Below, piece after piece: positions 50,076-60,188 of a stretch of 64,000 nt of DNA. The notes under the pieces are model-generated. The model did not search any database and was not told the origin of the DNA. It was given only the letters and a program-made list of their open reading frames with translations. The number at the start of each line of letters is the position of its first letter. Position 1 is the first letter of the stretch. This DNA comes from Chthonomonadales bacterium. Its GTDB lineage: Bacteria; Armatimonadota; Chthonomonadetes; Chthonomonadales; CAJBBX01. The stretch is taken from assembly GCA_037443035.1 (NCBI GenBank), contig JBBIPC010000001.1, positions 320,001-384,000 of the forward strand, in the 5' to 3' direction. The position numbers and the translations under genes were made by a program.

Positions 50076-50270
50076 TCAGGCCGCTCCGGGCTTCTTCTTG
50101 ACATCCAAGACCTTCCGGCCGGCGTAGTACCCGCACGATGGACATGCATGGTAAGCCTGACGCGGCGCATGGCAGCGCGGACACTCCGAGATTACTGGCA
50201 CACGCAGCTTGTAGTGTGTCCGCCGCAGCCTCGTTCTCATGTTCGAATGACGACGCTTGGGTAACGGCAT
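50076..50270 (-). CDS. rpmF: 50S ribosomal protein L32 (zinc-binding form)
   Basis: PKRRHS..RTRLRR, CPRC...HACPSCGYY. Confidence 0.96.
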   Translation of the reverse strand: MPLPKRRHSNMRTRLRRTHYKLRVPVISECPRCHAPRQAYHACPSCGYYAGRKVLDVKKKPGAA

Positions 50271-50306
50271 TTCGTCTCCTTTTCTCTCGAATCTTTCGTG
50301 AACCCG

Positions 50307-50843
50307 TCAGTTCTCCGCTTTCAGGAGCGTTTCCAGCCCGGCAAGAGGCGAAGGACTACTCATGGCCGGACAGTTGCAGGGTCCTGTGTTCAGGTCATGG
50401 CCGCACTGCGGACACAACCCAAGGCAATCCTCCCGATGAAGGGGGTGCGTTGGCATGGCCAGCAACAGCAGTTGCCTGAGCAGCTCGGTTACATTCATCA
50501 CCGGCCCATCGAAAAGCCCGCCAGCCATGGGAGTATCCTCCTCCTCGATTGCTGGAACGTGGCCACGCACATGTGCCCCAGCATAATAGGTCAGAGGATA
50601 CTGCTCGCTGACCTCGGCCTCTATGGCGACCTGCATGGGCGCAAGGCATCGACTGCACGCCATCCCTACGTACGTACCGATACGGCCGCCGATGATGAGC
50701 GCGCTTCCGGTATTCGTGAATGTGATGGTACCGCGTATGGGCTCCACGCAGACCAGGTCGCCATCCTCGATCGGTGGCTCGAGAACATCCCACGTCCTAT
50801 GAACCCCAACATGCGTGAGGACTTCCGTTATGTCGAGTAGCAT
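50307..50843 (-). CDS. yceD: YceD/DUF177 family protein
   Basis: CSRCL and EDCLGLCPQCGHDLNTGPCNC; directly upstream of rpmF. Confidence 0.88.
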   Translation of the reverse strand: MLLDITEVLTHVGVHRTWDVLEPPIEDGDLVCVEPIRGTITFTNTGSALIIGGRIGTYVGMACSRCLAPMQVAIEAEVSEQYPLTYYAGAHVRGHVPAIEEEDTPMAGGLFDGPVMNVTELLRQLLLLAMPTHPLHREDCLGLCPQCGHDLNTGPCNCPAMSSPSPLAGLETLLKAEN

Positions 50844-50904
50844 TCTATTCTCTACAGTCTAAGCACCCAATCTGGCCCGTGGCAGAAAGCCCCAGTACAG
50901 TTCG

Positions 50905-51591
50905 TCAGGAAGCACTCCCCGTGTTGCGGCCGAGTTCTTCCTCGAGCACTTGCTGCCCTCGATGGATGACCGCCAGAGCCTGACTCATGTACTGCTCGAG
51001 GTTCGCTAGGACATCGCGCGCGTACTTGTTCGCTCCCTCTCGTATCTCGGCTGCTTCCGCCTCGGCACGACTCACGAAGTCGTTCGCCTCTTGTCGAGCC
51101 ATACGCATGACCTCAGTCTCGTCTATCATGCGAGCAACAGTGAGCCGCGCGTCCTCGACCATGCGCTCGGCTTCACGCGCACCCCTGGCGATCTCCGCTT
51201 CCGCACTCCGCCTTGCATCGTCAACGATTCGCTCTGCCTCCGTACGGGCCTCTGTGATAAGCCTGTCTGCCTGCTCTCGAGCCGAACCGACGATTCTGGC
51301 TCGGTTACGAACAACATCTCGGGCGCTCTTGACATCCTGAGGCAGATTCGCACGGATCTTGAGCACAAGTGTGGAGAACCGGCTATGGTCGAAGCCGAAC
51401 AGAATGCGCTTGCCGAACAGGCCGTGCGCCCGATCCGGTAACTCTTCGAGTTCGGCCAGCATTGCCAGCACGTTGGTCTGCTCGTCAGGAACCGCTGACA
51501 AGTCTCCAGACAGAGGCAGCGTCCGTCCCTGAGGTGCCTGACTGCGTGCGCTATCGCTGACCGAATCTCTCTCTGAGGCGTTGTCGAACAC
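50905..51591 (-). CDS. Coiled-coil protein of the family usually found after coaD (ATP synthase b/DivIVA-like)
   Basis: [13 protein letters not shown], long A/E/R heptads, [10 protein letters not shown]; position coaD-X-yceD; start uncertain. Confidence 0.7.
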   Translation of the reverse strand: MFDNASERDSVSDSARSQAPQGRTLPLSGDLSAVPDEQTNVLAMLAELEELPDRAHGLFGKRILFGFDHSRFSTLVLKIRANLPQDVKSARDVVRNRARIVGSAREQADRLITEARTEAERIVDDARRSAEAEIARGAREAERMVEDARLTVARMIDETEVMRMARQEANDFVSRAEAEAAEIREGANKYARDVLANLEQYMSQALAVIHRGQQVLEEELGRNTGSAS

Positions 51592-52078
51592 TTTCTGGCA
51601 CCAATCCTTCTACCGATCCTCCTAACCGGGCAATCTCCTTTACAACGCTTGAGCTCAGGAACGAGTACTCCGTCTTGGTCGGTATGAAGACGGTCTCGAT
51701 CCCACTCGACAGGCACCGGTTGGTGTGAGCCATCTGTAACTCGTATTCAAAGTCGGACACGGCCCGAAGCCCGCGCACAATAGCAACAGCGCCGGCCCTT
51801 TGCGCATAGTCAACCAGCAAGCCGTTGAATGACCCAACACTAACGTTCGGAATATGCGCACACGACTCCCGCAGCATCTGTATCCGTTCCTCGCATGTGA
51901 ACGTTGGCGACTTCGCGCTATTGGACGCCACAGCCACGTGGACGCGGGGAAACAAGCGAGAAGCGCGCTCGATGATATCCACGTGACCCAGAGTCACCGG
52001 GTCGAAACTTCCAGGTACGATCGCGTTGAATGTGCACATTGAGTCTTTCCCTTCCAACGGCGCCTGGCCATTGGTCAT
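51551..52078 (-). CDS. coaD: Phosphopantetheine adenylyltransferase
   Basis: [31 protein letters not shown]; start 52078 or 52039. Confidence 0.96.
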   Translation of the reverse strand: MTNGQAPLEGKDSMCTFNAIVPGSFDPVTLGHVDIIERASRLFPRVHVAVASNSAKSPTFTCEERIQMLRESCAHIPNVSVGSFNGLLVDYAQRAGAVAIVRGLRAVSDFEYELQMAHTNRCLSSGIETVFIPTKTEYSFLSSSVVKEIARLGGSVEGLVPESVRQRLRERFGQR

Positions 52079-52100
52079 CCACCTTCCTCGGCATGACGGC

Positions 52101-54248
52101 CTAGCTTACCGTGACCAACTCCAACTCGCGCAGTTTGGCGGCCACCACCTGGCGGAGACGCTGGTGCTCGGGTTCTCCAAGCGAGGGATCGGAGGCGACA
52201 ATCCTTTCAGCTTCCTTCCGTGCCTCGATAAGTGTCTCCTCGTCCCGGAGGATGTCACCAAACCGAAACGTCGGCAGTCCGCTCTGCTTAGTTCCATAGA
52301 ACTCTCCCGGGCCGCGCAGCCTGAGATCTTCCTCGGCGATCCGAAAGCCGTCCGTGGTCTCTGTCATGATCTCCAGTCGTCGCCGTGCCTCGTCGGTCGC
52401 CGGATCCGCGATGAGGATGCAATAAGAAGTGTGTTCCCCACGTCCAACACGACCGCGGAGTTGGTGCAATTGGGCTAGCCCGAAGCGGTCTGCGTCTTCG
52501 ATCACCATCACCGCGGCATTGCTCACATCCACACCCACTTCGATCACCGTCGTACTCACGAGCACGTCCAGATCATGCGCCTTGAAAGCAGCCATGACGG
52601 CGTTCTTCTCTTGGATGGACATCTGCCCATGGAGCAGACCCACCCGGAATCCAGGCAGTACTTGGGTGCGGATTCGCTCTGCATGCTGAGTCGCGGCCGC
52701 CGCCTCTGTTTTCTCTGAGGTCTCGACCAGCGGGCAAACCATATATGCCTGACGTCCCTGCTCCAGCAGCTTCCGCACTCCGTCGTACACCTTCCCTGCT
52801 CGATCGCGTGTCTTCCAATAGGTGCGTACAGGCTTTCGCCCAGGCGGCATGTCTCGCAGACAACTCACATCCAGGTCGCCGTATAGGGTAAGCGTCAGTG
52901 TGCGGGGGATCGGCGTCGCGCTCATGACGAGAACGTGGGGCATTTCGCCTTTGCTCTGCAACGCTTTCCGCTGGAGCACCCCGAATCGGTGCTGCTCGTC
53001 CACCACCACAAGCCCCAACCTCGCAAAGCGGACGTCTTCCTCGATGAGTGCGTGGGTTCCTACCACCACCTTCAGAGCGCCGTTCTCCAGCCGTTGTCGG
53101 AGGGCGTTCCGCACTCCATTAGCCATCCCACCAACGAGAAGCTGCACTTCCACACCGGCTCGGGAGAACCACTCGACGAAAACGCTGGCATGCTGCTGCG
53201 CAAGGACCTCGGTGGGCGCCATGATGGCCGCCTGCATGCCAGCTCTCACGGCCAGCATCACGGCTGCGACGGCCACCGCTGTCTTGCCGGAGCCTACATC
53301 GCCGTGCAGCAGTCGATTCATCGCTCTACCGGATGCCATATCCGCGGCGATTTCCGTGATGGCTTGGCGCTGGCTACCAGTCAAAGCGAACGGGAACAGC
53401 TCCGCGGACAATTCGTCGAGGAACCCTGGCGGCGTGGGGACGACGTGCGCCGTCGTCGTCCGCCCCCAGTCCGACCGGAGCCGCGCAAAGGCCAACTGGA
53501 GCAGCAGGAACTCCTCGAACACTAGACGACGCCGTGCCTCGGAGGCCTCTTCCATCCGCTCCGGGTAATGCACCTGCCGAAACGCCTCGGCCGCAGTCTT
53601 GAGTCGGTGCCTGACACGGACGGCGTCGGGGAGCACGTCGTCCACTGCATCGAGGTACGTCGAAAGCGCGGCAGCCGTCATCCGCCGCAGGCGACTTTGC
53701 GTCAGCCCCTCGCACAGGTTGTAAACAGGCACGATTCGGCCTCCGGACAATGTGTCCGTCTGCGGCTGGTCTTCTTCCCATTCTGGGTGCTCGATGTTTG
53801 GGAGACCGTAAGACGGGAGCCGTACTGTGCCGTAGACGATGACGGATCGACTGCGTCGCATGATATCTTGGAAGCGTCTCAAGAGGTACGGCTGGTTGTA
53901 GAACACGAGCTCAGCCGCACCATCCTCATCGCAGATTACGACGCGCACGAGGCGGAGCCCGCGCTTTGCCGTGACAACTTCTTCCGCCGAACGAACACGT
54001 CCGCGCACCAATGCTGGTTCGCCCGGTACCAGGTCCGCCAGAGAACGGAACGTTGTGCGATCCTCGTACCGCCTGGGTATGTGGCACAGAAGGTCGCCAA
54101 CTGTGCGAATGCCAAGTCTCGCCAGCAACTCAGCTCCCCTTGGACCTACAGAGCGAACGTACTGGACGGGCTCATCGAGACGGCGTTCACGCTGAGCAAC
54201 TTGCGGAGGTCCACACATGAGAGGGTCCGTGTCCTTGGGGATAGCCAC
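52101..54248 (-). CDS. recG: ATP-dependent DNA helicase RecG
   Basis: PRRYEDR wedge domain, [42 protein letters not shown]. Confidence 0.97.
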   Translation of the reverse strand: MAIPKDTDPLMCGPPQVAQRERRLDEPVQYVRSVGPRGAELLARLGIRTVGDLLCHIPRRYEDRTTFRSLADLVPGEPALVRGRVRSAEEVVTAKRGLRLVRVVICDEDGAAELVFYNQPYLLRRFQDIMRRSRSVIVYGTVRLPSYGLPNIEHPEWEEDQPQTDTLSGGRIVPVYNLCEGLTQSRLRRMTAAALSTYLDAVDDVLPDAVRVRHRLKTAAEAFRQVHYPERMEEASEARRRLVFEEFLLLQLAFARLRSDWGRTTTAHVVPTPPGFLDELSAELFPFALTGSQRQAITEIAADMASGRAMNRLLHGDVGSGKTAVAVAAVMLAVRAGMQAAIMAPTEVLAQQHASVFVEWFSRAGVEVQLLVGGMANGVRNALRQRLENGALKVVVGTHALIEEDVRFARLGLVVVDEQHRFGVLQRKALQSKGEMPHVLVMSATPIPRTLTLTLYGDLDVSCLRDMPPGRKPVRTYWKTRDRAGKVYDGVRKLLEQGRQAYMVCPLVETSEKTEAAAATQHAERIRTQVLPGFRVGLLHGQMSIQEKNAVMAAFKAHDLDVLVSTTVIEVGVDVSNAAVMVIEDADRFGLAQLHQLRGRVGRGEHTSYCILIADPATDEARRRLEIMTETTDGFRIAEEDLRLRGPGEFYGTKQSGLPTFRFGDILRDEETLIEARKEAERIVASDPSLGEPEHQRLRQVVAAKLRELELVTVS

Positions 54249-54275
54249 GACTGGGCAGGCGTGCTACATCGATTG

Positions 54276-54305
54276 AGTATATCAACGGGCTTGCTCGATT
54301 GTCAA
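54276..54305 (-). promoter_or_regulatory. sigma70-type promoter P1 for recG
   Basis: TTGACA-N18-TATACT. Confidence 0.7.
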
Positions 54306-54335
54306 TGTGCAGCGTCGGAAGATGTACCACCCGAC

Positions 54336-54361
54336 AAAAACGGACGGCCATTGCGCCGTCC
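54336..54361 (-). terminator. Intrinsic terminator directly downstream of promoter P2
   Basis: GGACGGC-GCAATG-GCCGTCC-GTTTTT on the minus strand. Confidence 0.65.
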
Positions 54362-54371
54362 CGCGGACAGG

Positions 54372-54401
54372 AGTATACCCCGCATGCCGATGGCGTGTCA
54401 A
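54372..54401 (-). promoter_or_regulatory. sigma70-type promoter P2
   Basis: TTGACA-N18-TATACT, 96 nt upstream of P1. Confidence 0.65.
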
Positions 54402-54474
54402 ACGCCGGTCGCCTGCGGCGTGCGGCGTCGCATCGGGTGCTGGCCGGGTATAATAACGATGCATAACCCCGTGA

Positions 54475-57039
54475 ATGGAGCAACCAGAGCCCTCTATGTC
54501 CGACGAGCCGGAAAGCCAAGACGCTGAGTCACCAACATCCGAGAGCGAAACCGGCAACCTCCTTGTCGTTGATATAGAGGAGGAGTTGCGCAGATCCTAC
54601 CTAGGCTACGCAGTCTCCACTTTGATTGCACGAGCTCTGCCGGATGCACGCGACGGCCTTAAGCCCGTTCAGCGGCGCATCCTCATGGCCATGCACGACC
54701 TCAACCTCACGCCTGGTGCGCAGCACCGGAAGTCCGCGAAGATCTGCGGCGACACGTCGGGCAACTACCATCCCCACGGCGAGAGCGTCATCTATCCCAC
54801 CATGGTCCGCATGGCCCAAGATTTCAGCCTTCGCTATCCCCTGATTGATGGCCAGGGAAACTTCGGCAGCATTGACGGTGACCCGCCTGCAGCCATGCGG
54901 TACACCGAAGCTCGCATGGCTGTCTTCGCCACGGAAATGTTGGCGGACCTGGATCGAGATACCGTGGATTGGATGCCGAACTACGACCAGTCTCGCCTCG
55001 AGCCGGCGGTCCTTCCATCACGATTCCCTAACCTGCTCTGCAATGGGAGTGAAGGTATCGCCGTGGGCATGACCACGAAGATCCCACCGCACAATCTGCG
55101 AGAGATCTGCGACGCGTGTACCTACATGGTGGATCACCCCGAAGCGACAGTGGAGGAGCTCCTTCCGTTCGTGCCAGGACCCGACTTCCCAACCTCCGGC
55201 ATCATCCTGGGCAAGCGCGGTATCCGAGAGGCATACGAGACGGGCCGCGGCCGTGTCGTGGTGCAGGCGAACGTTCAGATCGAACCGGTGGAAGGTGGCC
55301 GCTCTGCCATAGTCATCACCGAGCTGCCGTATCAGGTTAACAAGCAGGCGCTTCAGGACAATATAGCTGAGCATGTGCGGGCGCGGCGCATTGACGGCAT
55401 CGCGGACATGCATGATTTCACGGATCGACACGGCATCCGCGTCGTCATCACCCTCAAGCGTGACGCCCACCCGCGCAAGGTGCTGAACTACCTTCTGAAG
55501 CACACAGCTCTCCGAACCACCTTCGGCGTAATCTTGCTGGCCCTCGTCAACAACCAGCCGAAGCTCCTCACCCTGCCAGAGCTCATACGTATCTACCTCG
55601 AACACCGGCGACAGATCGTCTACCGCCGAACGCTCTATGAACTTGGCCGCGCCAAGGCTCGGGCGCACATTCTGGAGGGACTTCAGATCGCGCTGGACTA
55701 CCTGGACGAGATCATCCGGATCATCCGCCAATCAGATAATGATCAGGTCGCCAGGAACAACCTCATGGAACGCTTCGGCCTGACGCAGCTCCAGGCAACG
55801 GCCATATTGGATACGCAGCTACGTCAGTTGACGCGTCTGAACCGCGAGCGTATCGAGACCGAATACAGGGCCAAACTCAAGGAGATCGGCTCCTATGAGG
55901 ACATTCTCATCAACCCTGAACGTGTTAGCGCGATCATCAAGCAGGAGCTCCGGACGTTGCGGGATAAGTACGGCGACGACCGCCGCACTCGCATCGTCGC
56001 TACAGAGCCCGAGGAGATCGGCGAAGAGGACCTCATCCCCGAAGAGGACATGCTGATCACGATTACGCGCAACGGCTATGTCAAGCGCGTGCCTATGGAC
56101 GCCTATAGGACGCAGCGCCGTGGGGGCAGAGGCATCATCGGAGCGGCCACGCGCAACGAAGACCGGATCGAGCACCTCTTCGTTGCCAACACCCACGATT
56201 ACATTCTGTTCTTCACGAACCGGGGTCGCGTGTACCGTCTGAAGGCGTACGAAGTTCCTCAGTGTTCGCGGACCGCCATGGGCACGGCAATCGTGAACAT
56301 GATCAACATCGAGTCCGGCGATGTCGTAACGGCCTCTGTACCTGTCAAGGACCTTCAGAATGCAGCGGGCTACATGCTCATGGCGACGCGCCACGGAGAA
56401 GTGAAGCGTGTCGCCGTAGGCGGGTTCGCCAACCTACGCGCCAACGGCCTGGTCTGCTTCGATCTCGAGCCTGAGGATGAGCTGCGATGGGTCATGTTCA
56501 CCGACGGCACACGTGAGGTCATCATGGTCACCCGGTCGGGCAAATCCATCAGATTCCACGAGCGCGAGATTCCTGTTCGCGGCCGGCCGGCCGGTGGCGT
56601 CCGCGGGATCGAGATGCGAGACGAGACTGGCGCCATTGCCGACCAGGTCGTGGCGGTTGACCTTGTAGACCCAGCCAAGCAGCTCCTGGTAGTCGGTGAA
56701 CGGGGTATCGGAAAACGGTCGAGCTTGGAGCTATACCGACGACAGTCACGTGGCGGGAAAGGCATCCTTACGATGGATGTCACGGAGAAGACTGGTGCTG
56801 TCGTCGCCGCCTGCGTTGTGGACGAACATGATCGGCTGATGATCATTACCGAGAACGGCATCACGATCCGGATGCTTGTCAGGGAGGTCCGCTCAGCAGG
56901 AAGAAGCACTCAGGGCGTCAGGCTGATCAACCTGGACCCCGGCGACCGAGTCGCCACAATCGAGCGCATATGCACAGAGACAGCCGTCTCCGCGAAGAGC
57001 TCGGAGGGCGAGCCGGACCTAGAGCCGGAAGAGGAGTAG
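54475..57039 (+). CDS. gyrA: DNA gyrase subunit A
   Basis: [29 protein letters not shown] (catalytic Tyr), GyrA-box QRRGGRG (56113-56133), C-terminal pinwheel; TATAAT at 54449; start 54475 or 54496. Confidence 0.97.
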   Translation: MEQPEPSMSDEPESQDAESPTSESETGNLLVVDIEEELRRSYLGYAVSTLIARALPDARDGLKPVQRRILMAMHDLNLTPGAQHRKSAKICGDTSGNYHPHGESVIYPTMVRMAQDFSLRYPLIDGQGNFGSIDGDPPAAMRYTEARMAVFATEMLADLDRDTVDWMPNYDQSRLEPAVLPSRFPNLLCNGSEGIAVGMTTKIPPHNLREICDACTYMVDHPEATVEELLPFVPGPDFPTSGIILGKRGIREAYETGRGRVVVQANVQIEPVEGGRSAIVITELPYQVNKQALQDNIAEHVRARRIDGIADMHDFTDRHGIRVVITLKRDAHPRKVLNYLLKHTALRTTFGVILLALVNNQPKLLTLPELIRIYLEHRRQIVYRRTLYELGRAKARAHILEGLQIALDYLDEIIRIIRQSDNDQVARNNLMERFGLTQLQATAILDTQLRQLTRLNRERIETEYRAKLKEIGSYEDILINPERVSAIIKQELRTLRDKYGDDRRTRIVATEPEEIGEEDLIPEEDMLITITRNGYVKRVPMDAYRTQRRGGRGIIGAATRNEDRIEHLFVANTHDYILFFTNRGRVYRLKAYEVPQCSRTAMGTAIVNMINIESGDVVTASVPVKDLQNAAGYMLMATRHGEVKRVAVGGFANLRANGLVCFDLEPEDELRWVMFTDGTREVIMVTRSGKSIRFHEREIPVRGRPAGGVRGIEMRDETGAIADQVVAVDLVDPAKQLLVVGERGIGKRSSLELYRRQSRGGKGILTMDVTEKTGAVVAACVVDEHDRLMIITENGITIRMLVREVRSAGRSTQGVRLINLDPGDRVATIERICTETAVSAKSSEGEPDLEPEEE

Positions 57040-57116
57040 CCTGCGGCTCGCGCTCCGCTAGCTACTCTGTGAGGTGACGAGCGGACTGTATGGTGGGCGC
57101 CGAGCGTCGGCGGCCG

Positions 57117-57323
57117 TCACCCATCGGCGTCGTCGTGCCAGCCGGTAGCCTTGTGTGAACCATCGCAGAAGGGCTTGTCCTTGGACCTCCCGCATCGGCA
57201 GAGGGCCAGCTTGCCTTCACGACCTCGTAACGCGATGGGTTGTTCGTTCGCATCCAGCAGTTCCACGGTACCGGTTATGAAATAAGGGCCGTTCTTCAGC
57301 ACCTCGATCTTGACTTCAGCCAT
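57117..57323 (-). CDS. CDGSH iron-sulfur domain protein
   Basis: KNGPY, ALCRCGRSKDKPFCDGSH; SD AGGAGG. Confidence 0.92.
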   Translation of the reverse strand: MAEVKIEVLKNGPYFITGTVELLDANEQPIALRGREGKLALCRCGRSKDKPFCDGSHKATGWHDDADG

Positions 57324-57349
57324 TCACGTTCCCTCCTGAGCTATCGAGA

Positions 57350-58792
57350 CTACGACCTGGCGGCACCAACTCGAACTTGTCGAAACCTCGCCGGTGCTGC
57401 GCCGTGAGTCATTTGCGCGATCTGCATGGGATCGCCCTTGCCACAGTTGAGCACACCATCCATGACCCAATACCGCTGGTCACAGATGGCATCGCAACTG
57501 TTCCAGAACTCCGTGGTCATGCTCTGGTATGTGACGTTCTTGAGCATTCCCACGATCTTGCCTTTCTTGATCTCCCAGAAGGCGTCGCCCCCGAACTGGA
57601 AGTTGCACCGCATCTGGTCTATCGAGAATGACCCCCGGCCCTCGATGTAGATCCCATCGTCGGTGTCGGAGATCAGCTCTTCGAGTGTCAGAGGCTCCCT
57701 CCCCGGCATGAGGCTCAGGTTCGGAATCCGAACGATGGGGATGCTTCCCCAATGATCCGCTCGGCAACCACCGGTACTTCTCTCTAGCCCGATAGCGCCT
57801 GCCACCTCCCGGCCAGTGCTATAGCCGACGAAAAGCCCGTCCTCGACGATGTGCCACTTCTGCCCTGGAACGCCGTCATCGTCGAAGCCGTGTGTCGCAA
57901 GTCCATTGGGGAGGGTGTTATCCGCCACGAAGTTCACGATAGGAGAGCCATACATCAGGTTGCGCAACTTGTCCGGGGTCGCGAAGCTACGACCCGCTAG
58001 TGACTCCTCATATCCCAGCGCTCTGTCGAGCTCCGTGGCGTGTCCCACCGATTCATGTATGGTAAGCGACAGGTTCTGTGGGTCGAGGATGAGATCCCTT
58101 ACGCCAGGTGGGCACTCCGGCGCGCGAAGGTGTTCTATGGCCTGCTCAGCAACACGATCTGTGTTCGCCAGCAGATCATCGGCGTTCACGTTTTCGTAGC
58201 CACGCGTTAGCGGTGGAGGCATATAGCTACGCGAGCGCGCGTCGCCCGCTCCCACGGCTGTTGCTCGGTAACCTGCCGCCGTGGTGATTACCTCGCTCTC
58301 GAGTTCCGATCCGTCGCTATTGACGAACAAGCGATCGTCACGACGAAGCGTCATGAATGATTCCGCCTTGTGGATGCCATCGTGCCGCATGAGTCGCTCG
58401 TTGATCTGCAGCAGCAGGCCGATCTTGTCCGAAACTGGCACAAGAAACGGATCCACCTCACACGGGGTACGGAACTGCAACCGGCTGGGCGGCTCGGGCA
58501 CGAGTCGGACTCTGCGCTCCGAAGTCAGGGACGTAGACCTCGCCATCTCGATTGCCCGAGCAGCGGTGTGTTGGACACCCTCCCTGGTGAGATCGCTCGT
58601 TCCCGCGAAACCCCAGGCGCCGTCCACCAAGACCCTGACGCCGATGCCGCACTCATCGCCGTCGCTGATGCCCGAGACACGCGCGTCCTCCGCACCGAGA
58701 TTCTGACGCCTGTGACGCACGATCCGGGCGTCGGCGTACTCGGCGCCGCGCAGGCGCGCAGTCTCCAACGCCAGGTAAGCCAGTTCCTTCAC
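57350..58792 (-). CDS. tldD: TldD-family metalloprotease
   Basis: YADAR, GIGVRVLVDGAWGFA, HESVGHATE, FDDDG, RIPNL, CGKG. Confidence 0.9.
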   Translation of the reverse strand: MKELAYLALETARLRGAEYADARIVRHRRQNLGAEDARVSGISDGDECGIGVRVLVDGAWGFAGTSDLTREGVQHTAARAIEMARSTSLTSERRVRLVPEPPSRLQFRTPCEVDPFLVPVSDKIGLLLQINERLMRHDGIHKAESFMTLRRDDRLFVNSDGSELESEVITTAAGYRATAVGAGDARSRSYMPPPLTRGYENVNADDLLANTDRVAEQAIEHLRAPECPPGVRDLILDPQNLSLTIHESVGHATELDRALGYEESLAGRSFATPDKLRNLMYGSPIVNFVADNTLPNGLATHGFDDDGVPGQKWHIVEDGLFVGYSTGREVAGAIGLERSTGGCRADHWGSIPIVRIPNLSLMPGREPLTLEELISDTDDGIYIEGRGSFSIDQMRCNFQFGGDAFWEIKKGKIVGMLKNVTYQSMTTEFWNSCDAICDQRYWVMDGVLNCGKGDPMQIAQMTHGAAPARFRQVRVGAARS

Positions 58793-58813
58793 GACTAGCC
58801 CCTCCCTTTCACG

Positions 58814-60004
58814 TCAATCCCGCACGGTCTCGGTCCCAGGTACGATCGCGCACGGTCCAGGTCCGACGACGTCTGCTATTCTACCGTCTGGAGCCTGCGC
58901 CATGGCTTGCTCACAGTCGCTCCGTCCGAGAATCTCCGTCGCCAAGCGCCGAAGTCGGACCTGCGGACTGGCCATCGGCAGAAGTAGCGCCTCTCCCCAA
59001 GGCACCCACTGCAGACCGTCGCACTTTCCATTGAAATAGACCGGGTCGCGTGTATCAGCGTAAGCGTAACCATATAGCGTGACCGAGAACCGCGTTACTG
59101 TGTGGTGAATCGCGGGGAGCGGCAGCAGCGTCCAGGCGCCCAATCCGATGAACTCCGTCGCCATCTTCAGGGCCGCGCTTGTAGGATCCTCACCATCCCT
59201 CAGGACCACCCGGGGAAACTCCCAGAGTCCTGCCCATAGTCCCCCCTCCGGACACCGGCGTGCCAGTACACTATCGCCCCGCACAAGTACGAGACCAACA
59301 TGGCGCACCCGCACCACCTTCGGGCGTGTACGTTCGGGTGGGCCCACGTTGCCTGACTCGACTGCGGAGCACCACCGCTCTACAGGGCATGCACAGCATT
59401 GTGCGGAGACCGGCCGACAAATCGTACTGCCGAGGTCCATGAGAGCCTGAGCGAACAGACCGGGGGGCTGGTCCGCAGCCATCTCACGCCAGACCTGTGC
59501 CAGAGCAGCCTTCTCCCGAGGTCCCAGACCTGACAGCCGGCTCAATACGCGTGTGGCGTTGACATCCAGCGCAGGAACGGTCCTGCCATATGCTATGCAT
59601 GCAATGGCCGCCGCGGTGTAAGGCCCAACACCTGGCAGCTGCAGGAGATCCGATAGATTCTCCGGCACAACGCCGTTGTATCTCAGCATTACGACCCGAG
59701 CCGCGGCATGAAGTCGCCGAGCCCTCGAGTAGTAACCGAGCCCCTGCCAGTACCGCAGCACTTCATCGAGATCAGCGTCCGCGAGCGACTCGACCGTTGG
59801 GAAACGCCGCAGCCACCGTTCGTAGCGCGGAATCACGGTGGCGACCTGAGTTTGCTGCAGCATGGTCTCGGCGATCCAGACGGCATAGGGACTACTGGCA
59901 TGCTGACGCCACGGAAGAGAGCGCGCTTCGCGACTGAACCACGCAATCAACGCACGTCCTGCGCCGTCGCGCGAACGCTGCGACTGGTTATGACGGTTGT
60001 TCAT
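58814..60004 (-). CDS. mutY: A/G-specific adenine glycosylase
   Basis: LPWR, WIAETMLQQT, GLGYYSRAR, LPGVGPYTA (HhH), C-x6-C-x2-C-x5-C, GLWEFP. Confidence 0.93.
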   Translation of the reverse strand: MNNRHNQSQRSRDGAGRALIAWFSREARSLPWRQHASSPYAVWIAETMLQQTQVATVIPRYERWLRRFPTVESLADADLDEVLRYWQGLGYYSRARRLHAAARVVMLRYNGVVPENLSDLLQLPGVGPYTAAAIACIAYGRTVPALDVNATRVLSRLSGLGPREKAALAQVWREMAADQPPGLFAQALMDLGSTICRPVSAQCCACPVERWCSAVESGNVGPPERTRPKVVRVRHVGLVLVRGDSVLARRCPEGGLWAGLWEFPRVVLRDGEDPTSAALKMATEFIGLGAWTLLPLPAIHHTVTRFSVTLYGYAYADTRDPVYFNGKCDGLQWVPWGEALLLPMASPQVRLRRLATEILGRSDCEQAMAQAPDGRIADVVGPGPCAIVPGTETVRD

Positions 60005-60026
60005 CTAGGGTCCACAGCAGGCGAAG

Positions 60027-60055
60027 TTGACACTGACCGGTAGGGCCAGTATAAT
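60027..60055 (+). promoter_or_regulatory. Consensus sigma70 promoter for tRNA-Pro
   Basis: TTGACA-N17-TATAAT. Confidence 0.85.
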
Positions 60056-60066
60056 ACACCTGTCCT

Positions 60067-60140
60067 CGGGGTGTAGCTCAGCTTGGTAGAGTGCCTGGAT
60101 GGGGGCCAGGAGGTCAGCGGTTCAAGTCCGCTCACCCCGA
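60067..60140 (+). tRNA. tRNA-Pro (anticodon GGG), CCA not encoded
   Basis: Acceptor CGGGGTG/CACCCCG, D arm GCTC/GAGT, anticodon arm CCTGG-ATGGGGG-CCAGG, T arm AGCGG-TTCAAGT-CCGCT. Confidence 0.96.
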
Positions 60141-60149
60141 TGCTCGCAA

Positions 60150-60188
60150 GAGACCGCTGCCTTAGGCGCGGTCTCCTTCTGTTTCTTG
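60150..60188 (+). terminator. Terminator after tRNA-Pro, overlapping the stop of the convergent gene
   Basis: GAGACCGC...GCGGTCTC stem followed by CTTCTGTTTCTT. Confidence 0.6.

Noticed and set aside
54318..54335. T-box-like GGGTGGTAC upstream of recG (minus strand)
   Set aside because: No stem I or specifier, it lies downstream of the terminator, and the consensus breaks after GTAC
59555..59570. MutY inactivation (LDVNA instead of LDGNV)
   Set aside because: Catalytic Glu and Asp, the HhH motif and the Fe-S cysteines are intact; probably tolerated variation
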